A stretch of 64,000 bases of DNA from an uncultured beta proteobacterium (GTDB taxonomy: Bacteria; Pseudomonadota; Gammaproteobacteria; Burkholderiales; SG8-39), in NCBI GenBank assembly GCA_963827595.1, contig CAWHBT010000008.1:89640-153639 (forward strand), read 5' to 3'. A model generated the notes under the pieces. It ran no database searches, was not told where the DNA came from, and was given only the letters and a program-made list of their open reading frames with translations. Both the position numbers and the translations under genes were made by a program. Shown in pieces: positions 46,421 through 54,670 of the stretch; the stretch's first letter is position 1, and each line of letters starts with the position of its first letter.

Positions 46421-47125
46421 TCACAGCCCCAGGTAGGCCTGGCGCACCCGGTCGTCGGCCAGGAGGTCGGCGCCTGACCCCCGCATCACGATTCGGCCGT
46501 TCTCCAGGACGTAAGCGTGTTGCGAGATCTTGAGCGACACCGCGACGTTCTGCTCGACCAGCAGGATGGTCAGCCCGCGCCCGTTGAGCGCGCGGATGGT
46601 GTGCAGCACCTCCTGCACCACCAGCGGCGCGAGCCCGAGCGAGGGCTCGTCGAACATGATCAGCTCGGGCTGCCCCATCAGGCAGCGACCGATCGCGAGC
46701 ATCTGCTGCTCGCCCCCCGAGAGCGTTCCGGCCACCTGGTGCCGCCGCTCGGCGAGCCGCGGGAACAGCGCGTACACCTCGCCGAGGGATTGCTTCGCGC
46801 CCGCCCGCGCCCGCGGCAGCATCGCCCCCATCTCGAGGTTCTCGAGCACGGTCAGCGTCGGAAAGACCTGGCGCCCTTCTGCGACCTGGCCGATCCCCAG
46901 GTCGCACACCCGGTGGGACGCGAACCCCGTGATGTCGCGCCCGGCGTAGCGGATGTGTCCGGCGCGCGGCCGTTCGATGCCCGCAATCGCGCGGATGAGC
47001 GAGGTCTTGCCCGCGCCGTTGGCGCCGACGATCGCCACGATCTCCCCGCGCGGCACTTCGAGCGACACCTGGGCCAGCGCCTGCGCGTCGCCGTAGTAGA
47101 GGTCGAGGTTCTCGACGGCGAGCAT
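46421..47125 (-). CDS. livF: Branched-chain amino acid-type ABC transporter ATPase (LivF family)
   Basis: Walker A GANGAGKTS, signature LSGGEQQML, Walker B LIMFDEPS. ATGA overlap with livG. Confidence 0.9.
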   Translation of the reverse strand: MLAVENLDLYYGDAQALAQVSLEVPRGEIVAIVGANGAGKTSLIRAIAGIERPRAGHIRYAGRDITGFASHRVCDLGIGQVAEGRQVFPTLTVLENLEMGAMLPRARAGAKQSLGEVYALFPRLAERRHQVAGTLSGGEQQMLAIGRCLMGQPELIMFDEPSLGLAPLVVQEVLHTIRALNGRGLTILLVEQNVAVSLKISQHAYVLENGRIVMRGSGADLLADDRVRQAYLGL

Positions 47126-47853
47126 CAGACCTGGGTCTCCTCCCCCAGATAGCACTCGAGCACCGCCGGGTCGCGGACGACCCGGTCCGGCGCGCCCCGC
47201 GCGATGACCTCGCCGTGGTGCAGGACCACGATGTCCTGCGCGAGCGCCATCACCGCGCGCATCACGTGCTCGATCAGCAGGATCGTCAGCCCCTCGGCGC
47301 GGTTGATGCCGCGAAACACTTCGACCATCTGGTCGCACTCGGTGGGACGTAGCCCCGCCATCACCTCGTCGAGCAGCAGGAGCCGCGGGCGCGTGGCGAG
47401 GGCGCGCGCGATCTCGAGGCGCTTCCGGTCTGGGAGCGTCAGCGACGAAGCCGGCAGCGTCTGCTTGGCCGCGAGACCGAGCTTGTCGAGAATCTCCTGC
47501 GCGAACCGGCGCGCCGCCGGCACGCCGCGCTCGCGGTGGAGCGCGCCGACGATCACGTTGTCGAGCACCGAGAGGCCGGCAAACGGCTTGACGAGCTGGA
47601 AGGTGCGGCCGATCCCGGCCGCGCACACCTGGTCCGGGCGCAGGCCGTCGATGCGGCGGCCGGCGAAGTGGATCTCCCCCGCATCCGGCGCGAACACCCC
47701 GGCGACGACGTTGAAGATGGTGGTCTTGCCGGCGCCGTTCGGCCCGATCAGTCCCGCGATCGCGCCTTGCGCCACGTCGAACGAGGCGGCGTGCACCGCG
47801 CGCAGCCCGCGGAACGACTTGCCGACGCCGCGCACCTCGAGCAGGGCGCTCAC
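47125..47853 (-). CDS. livG: Branched-chain amino acid-type ABC transporter ATPase (LivG family)
   Basis: GTG start (VSALLEVRGVGKSFRG). Walker A GPNGAGKTT, Walker B LLLLDEVMAG and the LivG-type C-terminal extension. Confidence 0.9.
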   Translation of the reverse strand: MSALLEVRGVGKSFRGLRAVHAASFDVAQGAIAGLIGPNGAGKTTIFNVVAGVFAPDAGEIHFAGRRIDGLRPDQVCAAGIGRTFQLVKPFAGLSVLDNVIVGALHRERGVPAARRFAQEILDKLGLAAKQTLPASSLTLPDRKRLEIARALATRPRLLLLDEVMAGLRPTECDQMVEVFRGINRAEGLTILLIEHVMRAVMALAQDIVVLHHGEVIARGAPDRVVRDPAVLECYLGEETQV

Positions 47854-47913
47854 TGGACTACCCTCGCGCTCCGCGCTCGGGGTTCGCCCTTGGGGCGGCC
47901 CGGCGGGCTCACC
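47854..47913 (-). repeat. 60-bp intercistronic repeat, copy 1 (livM stop to livG start)
   Basis: 57 of 60 positions identical to 48881-48940. Contains the upstream TGA, GC hairpins and a GAGGG Shine-Dalgarno 8 nt before the start. Confidence 0.9.
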
Positions 47914-48880
47914 GGTCGACTCCGAGCCGGCGCGCGACCACCGGCCAGATGCCATGCGGCAGGAACACGATGACCCCGAGCAGCACCAGGCCGTAGAACA
48001 CCTGCTTGATCCCCGGGATCTCCCAGCCATAGTGCGCGAGCAGCTCGGTGATCGCGTCGGACAGCACGGTGAGGACCGCGGCGCCGAGGATCGGGCCGAA
48101 CAGCGTGCCGACCCCGCCGATGATCGGACCCAGGATGATCTCGATCGAACGGCCGATGTTGAAGATCTGCTCGGGGAAGAGATTGTTGTAGTAGAACGCG
48201 AAGAACACCCCCGCCACCGCGGTCATGGCCGAGCTGAGGATCACCGCAAGCATCTTCCAGCGGAAGATGTTGATCCCGAGCGCCTGCGCCGCCTCCTCGT
48301 TCTCGCGGATCGCCTGCCAGTAGTAGCCCGCGCGGCTCCGCAGCAGCCACGCGCACAGCGCGAACGCCCCGGCGGTGCACGCCAGCATCGCGTAGTAGTA
48401 CATCGCCGGCGGGCCGCGGAAGTGGACGAGATCGATCTGATCGCGCTGCGCCACCTTGAGGAACATGCCGCCCGGTCCCCCGGTCCACGCCAAATGGTCG
48501 AACCCGATGCGGGTGAACTCGGCGAAGGCGATGGTGAGCAGTGCGAAATACACGCCCGAGATCCCGAAGCGGAACGCGAGAAAACCGATCGCGGCGCCGA
48601 GCAGCATGCAGACGAGCATCGCGAGCCAGAGGCCGGCCCAGGGACCGACGCCGTAGTGGAAGAACAATCCGCCCGCGACGTACGCCGCCACCCCGACATA
48701 CAGCGAATGCCCGAGGGAGAGCTGGCCGGCGAAGCCGGTCATGACGTTCCACGCCTGCCCGGTGAACGCCAGGTAGAGCACCAGGGTCGCCACCGACAGC
48801 ACGTAGCTGTTGGCGACCGCGGGCAGCGCGACGAGCACCGCCGCGAGCGCGGCGAGCAGGGCCATCGCCCTCCCGTTCAT
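47909..48880 (-). CDS. livM: Branched-chain amino acid-type ABC transporter permease (LivM family)
   Basis: 323 aa, polytopic membrane protein of the LivM/BPD inner-membrane family. Confidence 0.88.
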   Translation of the reverse strand: MNGRAMALLAALAAVLVALPAVANSYVLSVATLVLYLAFTGQAWNVMTGFAGQLSLGHSLYVGVAAYVAGGLFFHYGVGPWAGLWLAMLVCMLLGAAIGFLAFRFGISGVYFALLTIAFAEFTRIGFDHLAWTGGPGGMFLKVAQRDQIDLVHFRGPPAMYYYAMLACTAGAFALCAWLLRSRAGYYWQAIRENEEAAQALGINIFRWKMLAVILSSAMTAVAGVFFAFYYNNLFPEQIFNIGRSIEIILGPIIGGVGTLFGPILGAAVLTVLSDAITELLAHYGWEIPGIKQVFYGLVLLGVIVFLPHGIWPVVARRLGVDR

Positions 48881-48940
48881 TGGACTACCCTCGCGCTCCG
48901 CGCTCGGGATGAGCCCTTGGGGCGGCCCGGCGGGCTCACC
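48881..48940 (-). repeat. 60-bp intercistronic repeat, copy 2 (livH stop to livM start)
   Basis: See copy 1. Same position relative to the flanking stop and start codons. Confidence 0.9.
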
Positions 48941-49806
48941 CCCTCCTCCCCAGCAGGCCTTGCGGCCGGAGGAGCAGCACCAGGATCAGCAGCCCGAAGC
49001 TGAACATGCTCTTGGCCGACGGCGCGATGAAGAGCCCCGCGAGCGCCTCCGACACCCCGATCAGCACGCCGCCGACGAGCGCGCCGCCCATCGAGCCCAG
49101 GCCCCCGACGATCACGATCACGAAGGCGAGCAGCGTGTACGCCGGTCCGAGCGCCGGGGTCACCTCCAGCAGCACCGCCATCGCGCAGCCGGCGACCGCG
49201 ACGCACGCCGCGCCCAGGCCGAAGGTAAGCGCGTAAAGGTGCTTGACGTCGAGGCCCACGACCTTGGCGCCGAGGTAGTTGTCGGCGCAGGCGCGGATCG
49301 CCTTCCCGGTGAGCGTGAAGCGGAAGAACGCGAACAGCAGCCCGGTCGCCGCGAGCGCCGCGCCGGCGGCGTACACGCGTCCCTGGTCGAACAAGCAGCG
49401 GCCCCAGCTCGAAGGACTCGAGCTGATACTCGGTCTGCACGTTCCGCGCGTCCGGCCCGAAGACGAGCAGCAGGCCGTTGACCATGATCAGCGCGACCGC
49501 CAGCAGCAGCATGAACTGGGAGTGCTCCGGGCGCGTGATGAACGGGTTGATCAGCGTCGCCTGCATCGCGTAGCCGAGCGCGAAGAACGCGCCCGCCACC
49601 GGGACGATGGCGAGGAAGGGATCGAGCCCGAGCGCGGCGAACAGCACCACCGCGGCGTACATCGCGATGGTCATCATCTCGCCGTGGGCGAAGTTGACGA
49701 CCCGGACCACGCCGAAGATCACCGACAGCCCGAGCGCCATCAGGCCGTACACCAGGCCGGTGAGCACGCCTGCGACGACGACGTTGGCGACGAGATCCCA
49801 GGGCAT
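48936..49806 (-). pseudogene. livH: Branched-chain amino acid-type ABC transporter permease (LivH family), one frame shift as assembled
   Basis: N-terminal frame: MPWDLVANVVVAGVLTG...NFAHGEMMT...QLESFELGPLL. C-terminal frame: FDQGRVYAAGAALAATGL...IVGGLGSMGGALVGG. Break at about 49390-49397 (CTT G TTC). Span is 3n+1. Confidence 0.88.
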
Positions 49807-49854
49807 GACAAAAGGGGCCGGCAGCGCCGGCCCCTCATTGTGCCGTCGGGCGGT

Positions 49855-51114
49855 TCAGGCCCGCTTGAAGTCGGGCGAGGGGAAGATCACCTTCGCTTCC
49901 GCGAACTCGGCGGGCAGCGTCACGCTCGGCCGGCCCTTCAGGTTCTGGATCGCGGCCGACAGGTTGCCCTCGACCTGGCCCTTGGGGTTGAACTTGATCG
50001 GGCCGCCGAGCGACATGCGGTTGGCGACCGGGATGTCGGTCTGGCGGATGGCGTCGGCGAGCGTCTTCGGGTCGGTGCTGCGCGCGCGCCGGAAGGCGTC
50101 CGCCGCGATCATGATCGCGTCGTAGGTGTAGCCGGCATTGGTGCCGTGGAAGTACAGCTCGTCCTTCGGGTTGAGCTTCTTGAACGCGCGCTCGACGGTC
50201 TTCGTCATGTCCGACTTCGGGTTGTACCAGACCGTGTTGCAGATCGCGTAGTCGGCGTACCGGCCGAGCGCCTTGTAGTACTGCTCCTCGTACAGGCCGG
50301 GCGAGCCGGGGCTGATGATGCCCATCGGGTTCCAGCGCTGCTTGACCATCTCGCGCCGCAGGACGATGGCGTCGTTCAGCCGGCACACGAGCATCAGGAA
50401 GTCCGCGTTCGACGCCTTGGCCTTGGACACTTCCACGGTGAGGTCCTTGGCCGCGGGGTCGTAGGGAATGGTGTCCACTACCTTGAACGGCAGGAAGTCG
50501 AGCCGCGGCAGAGTGAAGCTGATGCCCTTCGCCATCGCCTGGCCGAAGGTGTCGTTGACGTGCATGAACACCGCGGTGCGCGGCGCGGTGTTGGTGGTGC
50601 GGAAGATCTCGCCCATGAGCGCGAGGCCGTTGCGCACCAGGTCGGGCGCGGTGGGGAAGTTGCGGAACACGAACTTGTAGCCCTGCTCGGTGATCTGCGG
50701 CGCGGCGGCGATGTTGATGACGAGCGGCACGCCGCGCTGCTCGGCGACCTGCGCGATCGCGGCGGTGTGGCCGGAGTCGAACGCGCCGACCAGCACGTTC
50801 GCGCCTTCCTGCACCAGCCGCTCGGCGCGCGTGCGCGCGATGTCGGCGTTGCTCTCGGTGTCGGCGTTCATCAGCTCGATATCCACGCCGAGCACCTCTT
50901 TCAGCACGCCGGGCGCCAGGTCGGCGCCCTTCTGGCACGACTGGCCGATCAGCGCCTGCACGCCCGAGCGCGGCAGCAGCACGCCCACCTTGAGGCGGGC
51001 GGCCTGGCCGCGCACGATCGCGGGAACGCCGAGGGTGGAAAGCGCCGCGGACGCGGCCGCCGCCTTGAGCAGGCGACGGCGGATGCGCGACAGGGTTCTG
51101 GTGGGGGCGCTCAT
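49855..51114 (-). CDS. Periplasmic substrate-binding protein of the Liv-type ABC transporter
   Basis: Start MSAPTRTLSRIRRRLLKAAAASAA (Tat-like RRR signal). Type I periplasmic binding fold. First gene of the five-gene operon. Ligand unknown. Confidence 0.85.
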   Translation of the reverse strand: MSAPTRTLSRIRRRLLKAAAASAALSTLGVPAIVRGQAARLKVGVLLPRSGVQALIGQSCQKGADLAPGVLKEVLGVDIELMNADTESNADIARTRAERLVQEGANVLVGAFDSGHTAAIAQVAEQRGVPLVINIAAAPQITEQGYKFVFRNFPTAPDLVRNGLALMGEIFRTTNTAPRTAVFMHVNDTFGQAMAKGISFTLPRLDFLPFKVVDTIPYDPAAKDLTVEVSKAKASNADFLMLVCRLNDAIVLRREMVKQRWNPMGIISPGSPGLYEEQYYKALGRYADYAICNTVWYNPKSDMTKTVERAFKKLNPKDELYFHGTNAGYTYDAIMIAADAFRRARSTDPKTLADAIRQTDIPVANRMSLGGPIKFNPKGQVEGNLSAAIQNLKGRPSVTLPAEFAEAKVIFPSPDFKRA

Positions 51115-51322
51115 GACGGGTCTCCTCCAATGCAGACGCGGTGCGCGGAGGACGGCGCGTGTTTTTGCTTCTCCCCGCCGGGTGGCGGGGGGCCGGCCTC
51201 CCGACTCGCACGATTGTCCCACCCCCGCCCGGCCGGACGCAAACGCGCGTTCCTACAATGGATGCATGGACTGACGCAATCGGGGATTGCGGCTCTCCAT
51301 GTCGCGATCTAGCGCCGCCGGC

Positions 51323-53071
51323 TTATTTGCACACGAAGCTCCCCGCGCGCTCGACACCGCCACCCTGGTATCTCGCGATGCGCGGGTAGGCGCACAGCGG
51401 CCGCGTGCGATCAGTTGCCCAGCCGGAGGGAACCTCGGGGTTGACGCCGCCGGCGTTGCCGGCGCCGCGCGCGGCTGCAACCACGCGCTCGGGTGCGCGC
51501 CCCTTCTCGACCCATTCGACAAGCGGCGTCAGCAGGTCGAACTGGTCGGTCGCCGGCCCGCCGCTACAGTGGCCCATGCCGGGCACGTGGAACAGCCGCA
51601 CTACATCGCTCGCGCCGTCAGCGTCGTCGTCGTGGCGGTCGCGGCCACGATGCTTGCCCGAATGTTTCAGCTTCCGGTACCAGGCGGTGGTGTCGTTGAT
51701 CGAGAAGATCGCGTCGCTGACGCCGTGGGACACGATCATGCGGCCACCGTGGCGGCGCAGGTTATCGTCGATGCGGTCCGGGTGAGGCGGCGTCATGAAC
51801 GACATCCCCGACTGGGTGTAGATCGCGTTGGTCGCGAAGATCTGCTCCGCCAGCTCGTTGATGTTCGCGCCCAGCGTGAACGCCGGCCCGTTGAAGCCGA
51901 CCGGGTTGGCCGGCGGTGTCTTGAAGATGAAGCCGACCGCTCCGGAGTCGAGCACGAGCGGCGCGAAGAACTCCCAGAACGCGACGCTGCCCGCGCCGAG
52001 GCCGGCGTCGTAAGGAAAGCTGGCGTAGACCGGCTCTCCGTCGCCGTCCTTCGGGCCCGCGAAGATGTTGCCGATGGCGGTCTTCTGCGCCGCACTCAGG
52101 CAGGTGCCGTCACGCACCCCGGCGCAGGTGGGCACGTCGGCGGTCAGGCTGAACGCGCGCTGGCAAACCCTGACGTTTTGGACCAACCCGTCGACCAGAC
52201 CGTCGAGCGCGTCGCAGCGTCCGAGGACTCTGTTGGACACGAGCTGGCGCTCAGCCTGGGTCCAGGCGGTCGAGAGATCCGCCGGATTGGTTGCCAGCGG
52301 CGCGTACTGCTGCGCGCCGTAAATATTGGCCACCGCGGCCTTCGGCAGATTGAAGCCCGGCGAGCCGACCAGGTAGCCGTCGTACTGATCGGTATAGCGG
52401 GAAGCGGCGACCATGGTATGGCGTCCGCCGTTCGAGCAGCCGCCGATGTACGAGCGCTCGGGCCGCTTCCCGTACGCCTGACGGATCACGCTCTTCGCCA
52501 TCGGCGTCAGCTTGCCCACCGCCTGGTAGCCGTAGTCGAGCCGCGCCTGCGGGTCGATGCCGAAGAAGGGGTTCTGTGCGTTCGTGTGACCGGCATCCGA
52601 GCTGATGACGGCGAAGCCCTGCAACAGCGCGCTGGTTAGCGGTCCGCCGCCGCTCGTGTTCCCGGTGGCGGTGGCCACGGCGCCGTCTATCCCGCCGTTC
52701 GCCTGGTAGAAGAAGCGCCCGTTCCAGTCGAGCGGCAGGCGCATCTCGAAGCCGATGGCGTAGGCTTGGCCGTCGACTGGGCTTGTTCGCTCGAACATCC
52801 TGCCGGTGAGCCGGCAGTGCGCGGGGATGGGCTTGCCGGCGATGCTCAGCACGCCGGCCGCGACACTGGTCGACGAGGTGAACACCGTATTGGGCGACGA
52901 AAGCGCGGCGGCGAGCGTCCCGCAGGGTTGCCGGAGCGGCCCGCCGGTCACCGGCCGCCCGTGATGGCCGTGCCCCCGCTCCTCTCGATCATCGGCCCGC
53001 CCGGGCTCGCCGTAGCCTTGAAGAATGACCGCCAGCACCACCAAGCCGGCGCAACGCACCTGTCGGTTCAT
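51323..53071 (-). CDS. Tannase/feruloyl esterase family alpha/beta hydrolase, secreted
   Basis: Signal peptide MNRQVRCAGLVVLAVILQG. Nucleophile elbow GGCSNGG. Late motif HVPGMGHCSGGP and a Cys-rich lid are typical of the tannase/feruloyl esterase family. Confidence 0.8.
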   Translation of the reverse strand: MNRQVRCAGLVVLAVILQGYGEPGRADDREERGHGHHGRPVTGGPLRQPCGTLAAALSSPNTVFTSSTSVAAGVLSIAGKPIPAHCRLTGRMFERTSPVDGQAYAIGFEMRLPLDWNGRFFYQANGGIDGAVATATGNTSGGGPLTSALLQGFAVISSDAGHTNAQNPFFGIDPQARLDYGYQAVGKLTPMAKSVIRQAYGKRPERSYIGGCSNGGRHTMVAASRYTDQYDGYLVGSPGFNLPKAAVANIYGAQQYAPLATNPADLSTAWTQAERQLVSNRVLGRCDALDGLVDGLVQNVRVCQRAFSLTADVPTCAGVRDGTCLSAAQKTAIGNIFAGPKDGDGEPVYASFPYDAGLGAGSVAFWEFFAPLVLDSGAVGFIFKTPPANPVGFNGPAFTLGANINELAEQIFATNAIYTQSGMSFMTPPHPDRIDDNLRRHGGRMIVSHGVSDAIFSINDTTAWYRKLKHSGKHRGRDRHDDDADGASDVVRLFHVPGMGHCSGGPATDQFDLLTPLVEWVEKGRAPERVVAAARGAGNAGGVNPEVPSGWATDRTRPLCAYPRIARYQGGGVERAGSFVCK

Positions 53072-53156
53072 CGCGTGCCCCCCTCCGTTAGCAGCGCTCG
53101 ACGAAATCCGGGGCATTCTGGGGGCGTTGCTATGATCTGTCGACGCCGGCACGCTT

Positions 53157-54137
53157 ATGGTGGATATCACGCGAATGGATATCAGGAAGGTCGACCTCAA
53201 TCTACTGGTGGTCTTCGACATGCTGCTGCGACTGCAGAGCGTCACGAAGACCGCCGAGGCCCTGGGGATGAGCCAGCCCGCCATGAGCCTCGCCCTGAAC
53301 AAGCTGCGGACCGCGTTCGGCGACCCGCTGTTCGTTCGCGGCTCGCGCGGGCTTTCGCCGACGCCGCGCGCCGAGCAGCTGGCCGTCCCCGTGCAGCACG
53401 TGCTCGATCAGATCAAGAACGATGTTCTGCGGCAGCCTAGCTTCGACCCGGCCACGACCGAGCGCACGTTCACGTTCAACATGGCCGACGTCGGAGAGCT
53501 CGTCTTCCTACCGAGGCTTCGCGCCCATCTGCAAGCCGTAGCACCCGGAGCGAACATCAGGACCGTTTCGACCCCGCCCGGACAACTGGCAGAGGGGCTG
53601 CAGTCCGGCGAAGTCGATCTGGCGATCGGATACTTTCCCGGTCTGCAAGGGGCGGTCATTTACCAGCAGCGGCTGTTCAGCCACTCTTTCGTCTGCATCG
53701 TGCGCAAGGACCACCCGGTCTTTCGGAGCCAGATTACGAAGAAACGGTTCCTGGAGGCGCAGCACGTGGTGGTGGATCAGGAGGGAAAGAGCCACGAGCT
53801 TTTCGAGGAGACGCTCGCCGCGCAAGGTCTGACCCGCCGGGTCGCGCTGAGCATCCCCCACTTCCTCGCCATCCCGCTGGTCGTGGCCGCGTCCGATTTG
53901 ATCGTAACCGTCCCGTACGCCATCGGCGCGAGCTTCGCGAAGATGGCCAACCTCAAGATGCTTCGGCCCCCGATCCAGGTCGGTCAGCCGGAGGTGAAGC
54001 AACACTGGCACGCGCGCTTCCACCACGACCAGGTCAACCGGTGGATCCGGGGCGTGGTGGCGGAGCTGTTTCTGGACAAGCCGTGGGGGGCGACGGTTCT
54101 TCGGACTGCCCGGGCGGCGAACGCCCGCAGGGCGTGA
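53157..54137 (+). CDS. LysR family transcriptional regulator
   Basis: HTH region MDIRKVDLNLLVVFDMLLRLQSVTKTAEALGMSQPAMSLALNKLR followed by a LysR substrate domain. ATG 53175 is an alternative start. Divergent from the esterase gene. Confidence 0.9.
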   Translation: MVDITRMDIRKVDLNLLVVFDMLLRLQSVTKTAEALGMSQPAMSLALNKLRTAFGDPLFVRGSRGLSPTPRAEQLAVPVQHVLDQIKNDVLRQPSFDPATTERTFTFNMADVGELVFLPRLRAHLQAVAPGANIRTVSTPPGQLAEGLQSGEVDLAIGYFPGLQGAVIYQQRLFSHSFVCIVRKDHPVFRSQITKKRFLEAQHVVVDQEGKSHELFEETLAAQGLTRRVALSIPHFLAIPLVVAASDLIVTVPYAIGASFAKMANLKMLRPPIQVGQPEVKQHWHARFHHDQVNRWIRGVVAELFLDKPWGATVLRTARAANARRA

Positions 54138-54220
54138 CCTCGGCGGTTGCCCGAGGTCGGGCCCCGCGCCGCAATCAGCGGCGATGGGCGAGTCGAGCCC
54201 CTCGTCACAGGGGCCGGGAT

Positions 54221-54505
54221 TCAATGGTCTTCGAGGCGCGGGGTCCAGCTCTCGCCGAGATCCCCGGTGTCGGGATCGATCCAGCCCGAGACGCCGATCT
54301 CGGCCTCGGCCTCCTCGACCGTCTCGTCGGGCTCGAGATCGGCCGACTCGGCGTTGAAGCCCATGTCGTCGACCGCCTCGGCGAGCGTCCGGAACGGCCC
54401 GTGCTCCTCGCCGGTCGTGTCCGAGCGCCAGTAGAAGCCGCCCGGGCGCTCGATGATCCGGGTTTCGTCGTTGTCAGGCGACGGCTCAGGGATCGCTGGA
54501 TCCAT
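54221..54505 (-). CDS. Small acidic hypothetical protein (94 aa)
   Basis: AAGGAG lies 6 nt upstream of ATG 54505. Gene-like codon usage. It is the only plausible coding part of the 856-aa antisense track ORF 54221-56791. Confidence 0.55.
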   Translation of the reverse strand: MDPAIPEPSPDNDETRIIERPGGFYWRSDTTGEEHGPFRTLAEAVDDMGFNAESADLEPDETVEEAEAEIGVSGWIDPDTGDLGESWTPRLEDH

Positions 54506-54670
54506 GGCATGCTCCTTGAATCCGCGCCCCGCGTGCCCATCTAGCCGCGAGGGCGGGATCGGCGATAGCGTTACGATTCTGATCCCGGCCCGCGCCGCAC
54601 GCAACCGGAAAATGGCGAACCGCATCGCGCCACCCCCTTTCATCCCGCCGCAACGGCCGCGACCCCCGTC

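Noticed and set aside
46271-46477. 68-aa basic ORF (MKKKRRPRGPP...) and the strong AAGGAGGAGG purine tract on the + strand at 46321-46330
   Set aside because: The ORF starts inside the liv terminator hairpin and runs antisense into livF. No start codon lies at a sensible distance from the purine tract. The tract is better explained as the complement of a CU-rich minus-strand RNA segment.
47854-48940. The two 60-bp direct repeats as a minimal CRISPR-like array
   Set aside because: There are only two copies, about 1 kb apart. Each exactly bridges a stop and a start codon inside an ABC-transporter operon, and no cas genes are present. They were reported instead as an intercistronic repeat.
51160-51190. 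Hairpin CCCCGCC-gggt-GGCGGGG (51173-51190) next to a T-run (51161-51165) in the gap between the esterase gene and the liv operon
   Set aside because: The T-run precedes the hairpin on the + strand and appears as an A-run after it on the - strand. It therefore does not have intrinsic-terminator geometry for either transcript. It was not called.
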